Source of the DNA: Cetorhinus maximus
Lineage: Eukaryota
Direction of reading: 5' to 3'
DNA length: 64,000 bases
NCBI RefSeq assembly: GCF_964194155.1
Contig: NW_027596273.1
Coordinates: 186,001 to 250,000, forward strand
Numbering within the stretch: the stretch's first letter is position 1; every line of letters starts with the position of its first letter. A program made the position numbers and the translations under genes. The notes under the pieces were generated by a model, which did no database searches, was not told the origin of the DNA, and saw nothing but the letters and a program-made list of their open reading frames with translations. Below are positions 49,126-61,544 of the stretch, piece by piece.

Positions 49126-52100
49126 TGTTAGGAAGTAGAGGTAGTTTAAGTAAGATATATTTGTATTTGTGGATGTTAGGAATGAGTTTTAGCTTTATGT
49201 TTAAATTTGTTTTGTATTTCTGTATTTGTGTGTTAAGAAAGGGGGAGCTAGAGTTTCAGTTTCACTTTAAAAGATGCCTGCATTTCAATTAGGTTTCATA
49301 GCTCTTGAAGGGGAGCCAAACACAAGGTAGAAAAAATCTGCTGTTGTCTGCCAAAAGGAGGCCCACATAGAGAGACACAGAGAGACCGAAAGCAGTTTGA
49401 ATTCAGTTGAAGCCAGGTGCCAGGAGCAGCTGGACACAGGAGTGGGAACTGCAGGAGCAAGTTCCAAAAACTGAAGAAGAAAATCAGCAAAACCAAGCAG
49501 TGGAACTGGAAAGGTACCAGAGGGCAGTTAAGTCAAGAACAAGGATAGGAACCTGGAAGTGGAAGCAAGGGGCAGAGAGGAGGGCTCCGAGCTTAAAAGG
49601 GAGAAAGCTGAAGGAAGCAGGCTTAAAGCAAAATAGGCTTGCGAGAAGTAAGAAGATCCAAGGAGACAGCTGGCCTGTAACTCTTTACTCTGGGCACATG
49701 AGCAGCGGTGTTGTGTTGGCACAGCTGAGTTAGAGAGAGAATGCGTGGAAGGAAGCTTGAATGCACGTGGTGATCTGGGGAGAGGAACATCAGATGGAGA
49801 GTTTGAAACCCTGGAGGTGGACCTTTGTGGAAGGTGTCTGAGCGAAAGCATCATTTGGGACAAGATACAAAGAAAGGTCCAAGGAATCCTCAGGAAAGGT
49901 TGCATCAGAAAAGGAAATGGTTGTTAAAACTGTAGCAGTAGTCCAGGTGAAACGTGTGCCCTTAGAACCCACAGGAAAGGGGGGTATGGTTCAGGGTAGT
50001 CCAGAGAATTCTTCTTTGATTACTGCTGAAGGAAGGCAGGCTATTAGAGGTTCTGGATGTTTAGTCTGGAAGAGAGAAGTGTTCCATTACTCCTCCAGCA
50101 AAATAAGTAAATAGTCAAAATTTTTAGAGACACTGGAGCAGATCAGCCATTGATGGTGGCTGATGATACAATTTGTGTTCCAGGAAGTTTTATGAAGGAA
50201 GAAGTATCAATACGAGGTATTAATGGAATTTATTAACCTGTTTCTTTGTGTAAAGTCAACTTGTAAAGTCACTTTGTAAATGGAATTGTTACGGTGGGAA
50301 TTATTCCTAAATCATCTATTGAGGGGGTAGGTTTTGTTCTGGGTAATGATTTGGCTAGTGGAGACAGTGATGTGGTGATAACTGTACTGCAGCAGGCAGC
50401 AGGTAGTTGATCATGCTGATCTTAACAAATTTCAGAAAATTACTATGGCCAGAAATGAAGCAAACATTGAAGGAAAACCTTATTAATGCAGGAAACCAAC
50501 TTTCACGTACAAGAGAAGAGTTGGCTAATGAAAAATGAGAATTAGTGAGAACAATTGAGAATCAGCCATGGAGAGTAGGGCATTTGACGGAGGACTTGAA
50601 ATACCTAAATGATTTATTTGTAGAAGCAAATTTAACAAAGTTCAATCTTCAGTTAAAACTTGATGAGCTTCACGCATCAGAAGTTGTTATGAAGTATCGT
50701 GGAAAATGCCTTCAACAAGAAAAGGAATTGTTGGTAAAACAGAATAATTGGTTGAATGCAGAACTTAAAGCCAAAACTAACGAACGGTTAGAGCTTCATC
50801 AGGAAAAGAATAATGAGGTTCTCGAACTTCAATGCAAACTGGAGGAAATGAAGGAGAAAGTGTGTGGTATGGAGTGTCACCGTTCTGAAGTTGTTCTGTG
50901 AGTAAACATTTATTGCTGAATTGTGGTCCAATTGAGCAAAAAAACTGATCCAAGTAACATTACTGGTGTATCAACTTCAGTAATGGGCTGTGCAGAAAAA
51001 ACTGAAGTGCCTACAGAATTGGAAACTAAGAAGCATCAACAAAAAGGCCTGAAAATGCAAAATTACCCTTTCAGTTCATTCACTAGAGACACTGATTTAC
51101 AGGTGCTTGTCAGTGCTAATATACAAGATACAGAAGTTGGAATTCAGGCAATTCAACAGTTTGCAAATGACCATTCAAAGCCTGCTGAGTGAGCACTGGC
51201 ATGATATGGTTCATGGATTGTGCAAAAGAGTTGAAGAGTTAGAACAAACAATGAAATTCCAAAGGGAGAAAACAATTGATGCTGCTGAAAGAGAAGTGGA
51301 GAAGACCTGTTTAAAATGGGATTGGGAGAAACAAGATCATTAAAAAATTAAAGATTAAACCAAGCAGGAGTAGGAAACCCGTTTGTGTAAACATAAAAGG
51401 CATCTCAACACCATCCATGAAATGATGAAAAGAGGTTTTGATCAAAGAAGAAATGAGATGTTAATGTGCAAAACTGGCATTTTGACTTTGCTAAATCGAA
51501 ATGAGAATTTATCACATGTGAGTTCGGAAAATGAGCTTGAGGATGGAATTGCACCTACAGCTGAGGAAAAGGACGATTTGGCTGTGGCCTTAAATTAAAC
51601 ATTCTTTGCTGAGTTAAAGACTGGGAATAAGAGAAAAAAGAACCACAGGGGTTGAGTTATGATAATGTTATGGTGGACAAATTCTGCCAGTTTTGTTACA
51701 TTTATAGACTTTGTTTTGCTTAAATTTTTGTAATTGTACAACATAACACGTGTAGTTGTGCAAATAGATGGTAGATTTATTAATATAGTATGTAATAAGC
51801 TATTGTTAGAGGTTTATGATGTTAAGTTTGTGTTTGGCGGATGTAAGGCCATTGTAAAAACACATTCACTGTTGTGAAACTTTCTTTCTTTCAAAGGATA
51901 AAGTGTTATGAACTGTAGATAGTTTAAGTAAGTTGTATTTGTATTTGCAGGTGTTTTATTAGTTTTATCTTTAAGTTTAAGTTTGATTTCTATTTCTGTA
52001 TTTGTGTGTTAAGAAAGGGTGGAGCTTGAGTTTCAGTTTCACTTTAAAAGATGCCTGCATTTTAATTAGGTTTTACGACTCTTGAAGGGGAGTTAAACAA

Positions 52101-53180
52101 ACACAAGGTAGAAAAAACTGTGCTGTTGTCTAGCAACAGGGGGCTCAGACAGAGAGACACGGAGAAATTGAAAGCAGTTTGAGTTCAGTTTGAGTCAGGT
52201 GACGGGAGAAGCTGGACACAGGAGGTGGAAAACTCAAGAGCAGGTTCCAAAAACTAAAGAAGAAAGCCCCAAAAACCAGGGAGTGGAACAGGAAAGGTCC
52301 CAAGAGGATAGTTAAGTCTAAGGACAAGGACATGAATCTGGAAAAGATCCTGTTCAGTGCAAGTGAAAGCAAGGAGCAGGAAGGAAGACTCCAAGCTAAA
52401 AGGGGAGAAAGCTGCAGGAAGCAGACTTAAAGCAAAATAGGCTTGCAAGAAGACAGACGATCCAAGTAGACAGTTGAATGTCTGTAACTCTTCACCATGG
52501 CATGTGAAGCAGTGGTGTTCTGTTGGCATTGCTGAACCAGAGAGAGAGTGTGTGGAAGAAGGCTTGAATGCACGTGGTGATCCAGGGGATAGGGACATCA
52601 GATGGAGAGTTTGAAACCCTGGAGGTGGACCCTTGTGGATGGCATCTGAGAAAACGTGTCATTTGGGAGAAGATTCCATGCAGGTTTCTTGAGAGTGGAG
52701 ATTGTAAACCCTCATGTCAAAGATTGGGTTCATTGAGACCGGTTGGCTCATGGTGTGATAAGTGTCTGGGGAAGGGGGATTTGATGAAAGATCCATTGCA
52801 TCTGTTTGGGGTGGCATCTGTCACTTGGTTTCAGAGTGTGGTGTGTCTGACCACAAGTTGCCTATTGGTTTACATGGAATGTGTACTAACTGTGAACATT
52901 ACAGTATAAGATAGCTTTTGTTACTTGTGTCATCCTTACAAATCTGTATATATCTGTAAATATATAGTTGTGGGTGAAGGAGTATTTTAATATTGTTAAT
53001 CTTTTCTTGTTTAATAAATGCTTTATTCTTTTATTCAAAGTTCATCAGCTGACTCCTGTGACTCAGTTCAATCGCTGCCCTCCTCGTTTCTAAACAAAAA
53101 ATAAAAGTTAGGATCTATCAAGACGTGTTCCACCCTAATATATGACTTGTCCAGTAGTAACATCAGCTGGGACCATAATA
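49126..53180 (+). mobile_element. non-autonomous Gypsy-type LTR element carrying a captured TPR fragment
   Basis: LTRs 49126-about 49866 (3'-deleted) and 51904-53180; purine tract aaaggataaag before the 3' LTR; protease RDTG...LGND at 50126-50350. Confidence 0.85.
50375..50862 (+). pseudogene. TPR: processed fragment of nucleoprotein TPR N-terminal coiled coil
   Basis: LTEDLKYLN...[44 protein letters not shown]...[14 protein letters not shown] matches recalled vertebrate TPR without gaps. Confidence 0.88.
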
Positions 53181-53279
53181 TAACTCAATTTCTCTCTCCA
53201 TATAAGCTGGGCCTGCTGAGTATTTGCAGAATTTTCTGTTTTAATTCAGATTCCCAGCATTAACTGAATTTTGCTGTAA

Positions 53280-54390
53280 GCTTCATTCCCTGACTGAGAG
53301 TCTTGTCTCATAATCCCTCTTCGCTTCTCTTATTTGCTTCTTCACCTCCTCTGAACCTTATGTATTCTGTTTGGTTCTCAGTTGTATTTTCCACCTGACA
53401 CCTGTGATAATCACACTTTTTCCTTTTTAATCTTAATTTCGATCTCATTTTTCGTCCAGGGAGCTCTGTATTTGTTTGCCCTACCTTTCCCTTTTGAGGG
53501 GATATAGCTTGACTGCCCGAACCAATTCTTCTTTGAAGGTAGCCCATTGCTCTGTTGCAGTTTTTCCTGCCAACCTTTGGTCCCTGTATATCCGGTCCAG
53601 CTCCCTTCTTGTCCCATTGAAGTCGGCTCTCCCCAGTTAATTATCCTTACTCTGGATTGACTATTGTCCATTATATCTTTGTCAATCTCTCCTTAGCCCC
53701 CACCTATCGCTGACCTTCTATCCAGCTTCACGTTCTCCACCCCCTTGAACAGTATAAATTTCATCAAATTTCTACTTCTCCTTAGCTCTGAAAAAGAACC
53801 ATATGGACTCGAAATGTTAACTCTGTTTCCCTCTCCACAGTTGCTGTCAGACCTGCTGAGGTTTTCCAGCATTTCATGTTTTTATTTCGGATTTCCAGCA
53901 CCCACAGTATTTTGCTTTGGTGCCCATTGTCCTTTTCTACAGTCATCCTGAACCTTATGATACAATGATCCCTGTCTCCTAAATGTTCCCCCACTGACAC
54001 CTGATCTACTTCGCCCACCTCATTTCCAAGAACGAGGTCTGGAAGTGCCTCCTTTCTTGTTGGATTGGACACATACTGCTGTAGAAAGTTCTCCTGAAAA
54101 CACACTAGGAACTCTTTCCCCTCTCCGCTGTTTACACTACCACTATCCCAGTCAATATTGAGGTAATTAAAGTCCTCATTATAATTACTCTATGATTTTT
54201 GCACCTATCTGTAATTTTCCTGCAGATCTGTTCCTCTACATTCATCCCACTAGTTGGTGGTCTATAGACTACACCGAGCAATGTAATTGCACCCTTTTTG
54301 TTCCTTAGCTCTAGCCAAATTGATTCTGCCCTTGAACCCTCTGGGGCATCCTCTTTCTCCAGCACTGCAATGCTCTCCTTAACCAATACA
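53280..54390 (-). mobile_element. CR1 endonuclease-region fragment with nested Penelope terminus (53675-53920)
   Basis: ESIWLELRNKKGAITLLGVVYRPP; FLQQYVSNPTRKEALPDLVLGNE. Confidence 0.88.
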
Positions 54391-55287
54391 GCTGCAACAA
54401 CTTTTATTTATATAGCACCTTTAACACAGCGAAACGTCCCACAGGAGCATTATATAGCAAAGCATGACACTGGCCCACATTAGAAGATATTGGATCAGAT
54501 GACCAAAAGCTTGACCAAAGAGGTAAGTTTCTCAGGAGTGTCTAAAAGGAGAAGAATGAGGTAGAGAGTGAGGTAGAGAGGCGGAGAGATGATTGGAGGG
54601 AATTCCAGAGCTTGGAGCTTGCGCAACTGAAACCACAGTCACTAATAGTGGTGCAATTGTGATGAGGAATGAGGCCAGAATTAGTGCAGCGCAGATATCC
54701 CAGAGGGTTTTGAGATTCTGGGCGATTAGAGATAGGGATGAGCAAGTTTATGGATGCATTTGAAAACAAGGAGGAGAATTTTAACTAAAGATAGTGCTTG
54801 ACCAGGAGCCAATGTATGTTAGCAAGCACAGAGATGATAGGGAAATGGGACTTGCTGCGAATTTAGATACGGGCAGCAGTTTTGAATGACCTCAATCTTA
54901 TGGAGGGTAAAATGTCCACTTACATCCCAGAACTGATGTCCTGGTGGATCGGCACAGCGCTGTTTCCATGATCAATATTGATCCTTTTTAAGGTGCCATT
55001 CTCAGAACTACACATAACGCTTCAGTAAAATCTGCCCCATTCCCACTCATATTCTGCCTTGCACCAACATCTCCACAGCCAATGCTTTGCAACCTATCGC
55101 AGCCCTCCTTTTTATTTCTTTCACTTCCCAGCTCAGCATCTGTATTTGTTCTTGACCTGAAGCAGGTGTGACATTTCCATTTCTGATGCGAAACTTCAAC
55201 TCACTCCACTGATTCTGAAAAAGCTGTTGTGTTTTTTGTTTTCAATCAGGAATTAAAGCATATCTTTTTAGGAGCAATAAATCTTTA

Positions 55288-55359
55288 TTCCCTGACTGGC
55301 AATCGAGCCTAGGTTATGGTGCTGAGAGTGGAGAACCCTATCCACTAGACCATCATGGA
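55288..55359 (-). pseudogene. tRNA-Glu(CTC) pseudogene, paralog of 7543-7614
   Basis: Reverse complement TCCATGATGGTCTAGTGGATAGGG...CTCGATTGCCAGTCAGGGAA; flanks match 6945-7995. Confidence 0.7.
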
Positions 55360-55944
55360 AAATGCCCTGAAATAGAATTTATCGAGGTTACTTCTGCCAT
55401 TGTTTTTTCATTCCAGACCACTTTCAACAGAGACCTCCTACAAAATGACATGTTCAAATAGAACACAAATTACTTCTTCAGACAATTAAAATAACCTTTG
55501 CTATTGGCTGGAATATGAAATCGACAGTGTGGCGAAATAGTACCAGAAGCTGTAGAAATGCAAATTTCCACATCCAAAACCCACCAACCTAATCATTGCA
55601 GCTCCTGTGAAACTTACAAGGTAATGCATGGCAGACTTTCACCATGAAAAGTATTTGACTGACATCAAATTCTTCCACTTTCATGTTACACCTTTTAACT
55701 CCCACTCTCCATCTCAGACATTTCCAGTTCTATCTAATATCATCCAGGTGGAATTTTAACTCTGCCCATCATTTCACTGATTTCGCCAACTTGCTATGTA
55801 TTTTATGTTATGATAAAGCCAGTAATTCGTGCTCTAATAAAAACAGAGGGCACTAACGTTATCGACAGGTCTGTTCGCATCTGTGGAGACAGAAACAGAG
55901 TTAATGTTTGTGTCGAAAATGATTCTTTTTTAAATCTGTAATAG

Positions 55945-56930
55945 AAGCAAAATGCTGCAGATGCTGGAAATCTGACAAAAGAAACAGAAAATGCTGGAAA
56001 AACTCAGAAGGTTTGGCAGCACCTGTGGAGACAGGGACGTGGTTAAAGTTTCGAGTCCATGTGACTCTTCTTAGAACTAGGAATGTGATGGTTTTAATGC
56101 TGTTGCAGGGGTGAGGGAGGGAGCAGGTGGAGCAAAATGAAAGGTCAGGCATATGTTGGAGGCCAGGAGAGAATAAATGACAAAGATGTCATGGAACACA
56201 AGACAAAGGGAATGATAATGATAGTATTCATGACTAAAGCAGGTGTTGATCGCAGAATAAATGTCAGCACTGTCTGAAAGCAAAGTAGCTGAATGTGCTA
56301 ATTGCACTAAAAGCTCGGGAATTTGCGGCCCCGTCATGGCGGGACCTGATGATCCTGGCGGCGAGCGGGGCCGGAAAATCCCGCCCAAAGGGACAGCTCT
56401 GTCTGAGAACAAGATACAGACTGACTCTTGGGCGGGGGGATGGTGGTGGGTGGAAAAATACAACATGGAGGACAGAGTTCATGGTGTGAATTTGTTGAAC
56501 TTAATGCTGAGCCCACAAGGCTGTAAAATGCCTAATCAGATGATCAGGTGCTGTTACTCCAGCTTGCACTGGGCTTCACTGGAACATTGTAGAGGGCAGA
56601 AGACAGAAATGTGAACATGAAAGCGAGATGGTGAATTGAAATGTCAAATGACAGGCCGGTCTGGGTCATGCTTGTGGACTGTGTGAAGGTGTTCCCCAAA
56701 GCAGGCAGCCAGTCTGCGTTTAGTCTCCTCAACGTAGAGGAGACCACATTGGGAGCAGCGAATACAGTACACAGAATTGAAAGAAATGCAAATAAATCTC
56801 TGCTTCACCTGGAAGGAGTGTTTGGGCCCTTGAACAGTGAGGAAGGAGGAGGTAAAGGAGCAGGTGTTACATCTCCTGCGATTGTATGGGAAGGTGCCGT
56901 GGGAAGGGGATGAGGTGTTGGGGATGATAG
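55945..56930 (-). mobile_element. Penelope 3' fragment with nested MITE-like inverted repeat (about 56314-56386)
   Basis: Homologous to 36690-37620. Confidence 0.8.
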
Positions 56931-56980
56931 ATTTTTTTTGAATCAGTAATTAGTTTCTGGTTGTGATATTTTGCACAACA

Positions 56981-57043
56981 GCAAGACCGGGAATCAGATC
57001 TGGGTGATGAGAGCACCGAATCCTAACCATCAGGTCACAGGGT
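56981..57043 (-). pseudogene. tRNA-Glu pseudogene
   Basis: gaccgggaatc...tgagagcaccgaatcctaacca. Confidence 0.6.
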
Positions 57044-57509
57044 GTTTGTGTAACATCTTGTTTAGCGAATTCAGCTGTTAACCCAAACATTGGTGGTTTG
57101 ACACTATCTAGGGCCAAGTAGGTTCTCTCTATTCCTGCTTCTACTTATATTACCGACACAGTTCTGCTTTGAGTCCTTTGGCTACGAGGAAATGTCCAGA
57201 CTTTGCCAGCCCTGCTGTTATCCAGCAAGTTCCCAGGCAAATAGTTTTACGAATATTTATTTCAAAGAAAATGAGATAAGTTAGATCAAACATGTGCCTC
57301 ACATCCAAACCTTTAGAAATATTGGGTTGAAAGCAACAAATAGAAATTTATTCTGTGATTGCACATATAGAACTGGTACGCACCATCGCACTGAGTGAAT
57401 CCACTGTTTGTTGACATGTTGCTCAGTGAAAATTTCAAACATTCTCGACTTTGTGACATACGAGCACTGAGTTAGTAAACAGCCTGGACTCAAAGAACAT
57501 GTAAAAATA

Positions 57510-58140
57510 CGAACTAGGAACAGAAGTAGGCCACTCGACCCATCAAGCCTGTTCCACCATTCAATAAGACCATGGCTGATCTGATGGTAACCTCCTTCCT
57601 ACACCCAATAACCTTTCACCCCCTTGTTAACCAAAAATCTAGCTCTGCCTTTAAAATATTCAAGGACTCTGCTTCCAATGCCTTTGGAGGAAAGAAGTTA
57701 CAAACACTCCTGGCTCTCTGAGAGAGAAAAAATCCTCCTCATTCTTGTCTTAAATGAGCGACCCCTTATTTTTAAACAGTGACCCCCCAGTTCTAGATTA
57801 TCCCACAAGAGGAAACTTCCTCTCCACACCCACCTTTTCAAGACCCCTCAGGATCTTAAAGGTTTTGATCAAGTCACCTCTTACTGTTCGAAACTCCAGT
57901 GGATACAAGCCTAATCTGTCCCATTTACAATGCATAACTATGTCGGTAATATATGTAGGAATAGAGAGAATCTGCTTGGGCAACCCACCCATTCCTGATA
58001 TTAGTCTCGTAAACCTTCTCTGAACTACTAACTTTACTACTCTAACTTTGCATCTTTCCTTAAAGAAGGAGACCACTACTGCACATGTGGTCTCACCAGT
58101 GTGCAGTACAACTGAAGCATAACCTCCCTGCTTTTTTCAG
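57510..58140 (-). mobile_element. CR1 3' region
   Basis: VQRRFTRLISGM...RGDLIKTFKILRG. Confidence 0.85.
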
Positions 58141-58297
58141 TTCGTCACATAACTAATAATTTTACCAATTTTTTAATCAAACACCTTCACCTATTATGAA
58201 ATTATGCTTTATCTGCTATCTTTGTTGCCCAAATCTCTTTAAAGCCAATTTGTTTTCTTCCCCACAGCTAACATCAGCAGAAGCTAAATTCAACTGG

Positions 58298-58369
58298 AGG
58301 TCCAGCAAGGATTAAACTCATGATCCCCGGTTTACAAGGCCAGTGCGCTAATCACTCTGCTACAGAGCC
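58298..58369 (-). pseudogene. tRNA-Thr(TGT) pseudogene
   Basis: Reverse complement GGCTCTGTAGCAGAGTGATTAGCGCACTGGCCTTGTAAACCGGGGATCATGAGTTTAATCCT. Confidence 0.75.
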
Positions 58370-58772
58370 AACTGCTGAAAGAATACAGAAAGATCAATCT
58401 CCTCTTGCAACTTTTAAACTGACTGTTATTCTCTGTGCCATTTCCATGAAGATACATAACGAAAGTGAGTCAAAGTTGCGATGGCAAAAATGCGTTTCCC
58501 CGCTCAGGGAACTGAACCACATTGACACAAGGTGAGAAACACACACAGACATAGACACCAAGAGTGACAGAGGTGCCAGGGAAGACAAACATCCAGAAAG
58601 TATGGATGTCACCAAATTGGCTCCATTTTTGTTCCATTTCCACCTGCAACTTTGGTGAATGCTTGCAGATGAAGGGAAATGAAAAATACACAGGAGCATT
58701 TGGAAAACCTTTTCGTCCATTTAATAGATAATTAATTCGATAAATCATTCTTAAATCAGGAGCAGTGAGAAA

Positions 58773-58856
58773 TGTAGTCTGGCAGGATGTGAACTTGTAT
58801 CAGAAAACTCTAAAGAATTTCAAACCCAATTACCTTAACCGCTCAGCTCTGTACAC
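58773..58856 (-). pseudogene. tRNA-Ser(TGA-like) pseudogene
   Basis: Reverse complement gagcggttaagg...ttgaaat...gttcacatcctgccagactac; flank homologous to 4855-5100. Confidence 0.55.
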
Positions 58857-59067
58857 ACGCGTCATGTACCTTTTAATGTTCTGTACCTAAGAGCATACAA
58901 TGGTTACAGCAGCGAATGAAGAAATGCAGCCCCACCTATTTCTGGCTGTCCTGCAATTTCTGCTGCCTCTCCTCGATCTTTCCACCAGAATGGAGCACTG
59001 CACACGCCCTGGACACACATGGAAGAATTTGGCTAAACTGACTGAAAAGATGAACCGTCCGAAACTC

Positions 59068-59136
59068 CTGCAGCGGTGGGATTCAAACCCATGTCTCCAT
59101 AGAGACTGGAGCCTTAGACCGCTCGGCCACACTACC
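59068..59136 (-). pseudogene. tRNA-Leu pseudogene lacking 13 nt of the anticodon arm
   Basis: Reverse complement GGTAGTGTGGCCGAGCGGTCTAAGGCTCCAGTCTCTATGGAGACATGGGTTTGAATCCCACCGCTGC. Confidence 0.85.
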
Positions 59137-59720
59137 CCTTTCCTATAATGGCATCTGTTCAAGGTTATACAAAAAGGGGAATTGGATTGTATATAGTGAC
59201 TGAGAAAAATGAGGACATGCTTGGTCTGATTAAACTTCTTTGGAAAGTTCGGTATGAAATCAGCTGCATAAATACTTTTTTTTTGTTCAAAAACTATAGA
59301 AGAATCTCGAGTCCAACTCTTCATGTCATTGAGTCAGGGAGACTTTGTTAATGATCACACAGTGCGCATGGACACTGCAGAAACTCCTGCACCTCTTTCA
59401 ATATTGCTTCCCTTCACACCGAGTTTTCAAAAGGGAATTGGACAATGACTTGAAAGGGAGAAAAATCAGGGTAATTGAAAAAGAGAAGGAAATTGGGACT
59501 GATCAGAAAGCTCATTGCAAAAACTGACATAAACACGATGGGCCAAATTGTCTCCTAATGTGCTATGTAATTTTATGATGACATTGCTAAATCAGTCTGA
59601 TTCCAGCATTACTGATTATAGCAGCTGAATTTCTTTCTTCAAATCAAAGACCCAAAGTGCTGCTTCATGACCACACAGGTCAACACTGTGGACAGGTCCA
59701 TTGGGTTTCGGCAGCGCAGT

Positions 59721-59792
59721 GTTTCTGTGCTGTAGTGGTTATCATGTTCACCAACATGCAAAAGGGCCCCGGTTTGAAATTGAGCAGAAATA
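59721..59792 (+). pseudogene. tRNA-Val pseudogene, paralog of 8763-8824
   Basis: gtttctgtgctgtagtggttatcatgttcacc...ggccccggtttgaaa; 5' flank matches 8530-8760. Confidence 0.75.
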
Positions 59793-61544
59793 TTATCAAA
59801 ACATTTACATTTAAATGTGAAGAGAAGTTCGATAATTCACTTGTGTTGTTAAATATTATGTCTTACAGCCATGTGACAACCACAACTCCCTTTTCCCATC
59901 TTTGATCAAATTACTTTGCTATCTTTAATTAACAAAATTCGACCGATTCATGTCTTGAAAAATTCATTTGACCCCCCAGCATCCACAGCTTTTTGGGGAG
60001 GTTGGTCCTGATTTCCATCACCTCTGTCTGAACACGTTGTTCCTGATTTCACTCCAGGTTTTATTATTTTGATTCTGCCTCCTTGTTCTCAATTCCCCAG
60101 CAGAGCAAATAGTTTCCCTGTATCTACTCTCACAAGCACATTGATCATTTTAAAAATTGGCATCATATCAACCCTGAAACTTCAATATTTAATTAAATGC
60201 AAACTAATTTTCTGCAGCCTGCTCACCTTGTAGTGCAGCAGCATTGACCTTAATGACCTGGAGGAGCTTTCTCCCAATTGTTCAGAATGGCGACAACTTT
60301 TCCATCAAGCTGCATCACACTTTGAGTCACAACATGTTAATGATGAGGCAGAGCAGCAGCAGAGAAGGAAAGAAATGGAAGCAAGTGCTGCGCTCCAGAT
60401 CCCAATACTTCATGGATGTCCTGCCCCATGAGCCAAAAGATCTGCAGGCCAAGAATCAGTCTGTTCAGTCAAAAGAAGACCAATGGCAGAAATTCACCAC
60501 GCTGAATAGATGTCATCCTTGAATTGAGAGGCTGCTGACGAAGTATTAAACAATGACTGAATAACTAACACAGGCACCAGGGCACTGAGAGAATACATGC
60601 AGATGAACAGGTTGTTTAACTGAATTCTGACCATAGAAAGCTCATTCCAGTGAACCCAGACTGAACATGAAGATGAGGCAGAAACAGAAGCAGACATGAT
60701 AGCCCAAGATTAAACATAATACAAACTGAATTAGAATGACCATTGGAGCAGCTTTATTAGATTCACAATAACTAAGCATAATAAACAGAGACCTTTCATT
60801 TTAGGATAATGAAAATACTGGACAAAGTTAGGAATAGTTTGATTCTAAGGGAATGAGGAGAGGCTTGGTAGAGGATACACAAGGGTGTGGCTTCTGCAGC
60901 TTACTGTAGTTGTGCACTCTCACAAGGAAGTAGGTGGTTAGATGATGTAAGTGTCACCATTAAGCTGCAAACATAAAATCAAGACTTTATTTAAACAATG
61001 AAGTGTATTTAGAAATGAAGAGGCCCTGTCAGTTCAATGGAACTTGAGGGGTTTAGGGTTGTTGATAAAAATGAAACATTCCCGCCTCTGAGCCAGAAAC
61101 CCCTCTGCAGACAGTCCTAGCGAGTGGAGACGGCTCTCCAGCTCATTCTGGGTTGACATCAGGATAGGTGTGTCCGGCGGGTCTGGCTGAACACTCCCAT
61201 TATGAGTTGTGGGAGCTCATTAAACTCTCTGCTGAAGCCGGATCAACAAATCGGCTGGAATTAAATGGTTCCAGACACGGAAGGAGGGTGAAGCAGCCTG
61301 TGAATTCTTCCACTAATTCACACTGTTCTCCAAGGGATGAGTTCAAAGAGAAACAATCGCTACACTGTGTAGTTTCCAGAAATAATCCCTGCTCTCTGTC
61401 CTGAATGAATCCATTTCACTAACAAATGTTGAAATGTTTGCTCCACATCCACAGGGTTTCATCTGTTTAAAGCCACAAACAGAAAGACCCAGTTTTCTCC
61501 TGGAGTTTGAGACAAATCAGCTTTCAAAATGATGCCGAGTTTCA

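Noticed and set aside
50545-50901. Genuine host TPR locus
   Set aside because: Intron-less, internally deleted, has a stop at 50536 and lies between LTRs.
56340-56360. CTGATGA suggesting a hammerhead
   Set aside because: Lies inside a small MITE-like inverted repeat and lacks proper stem II/III geometry.
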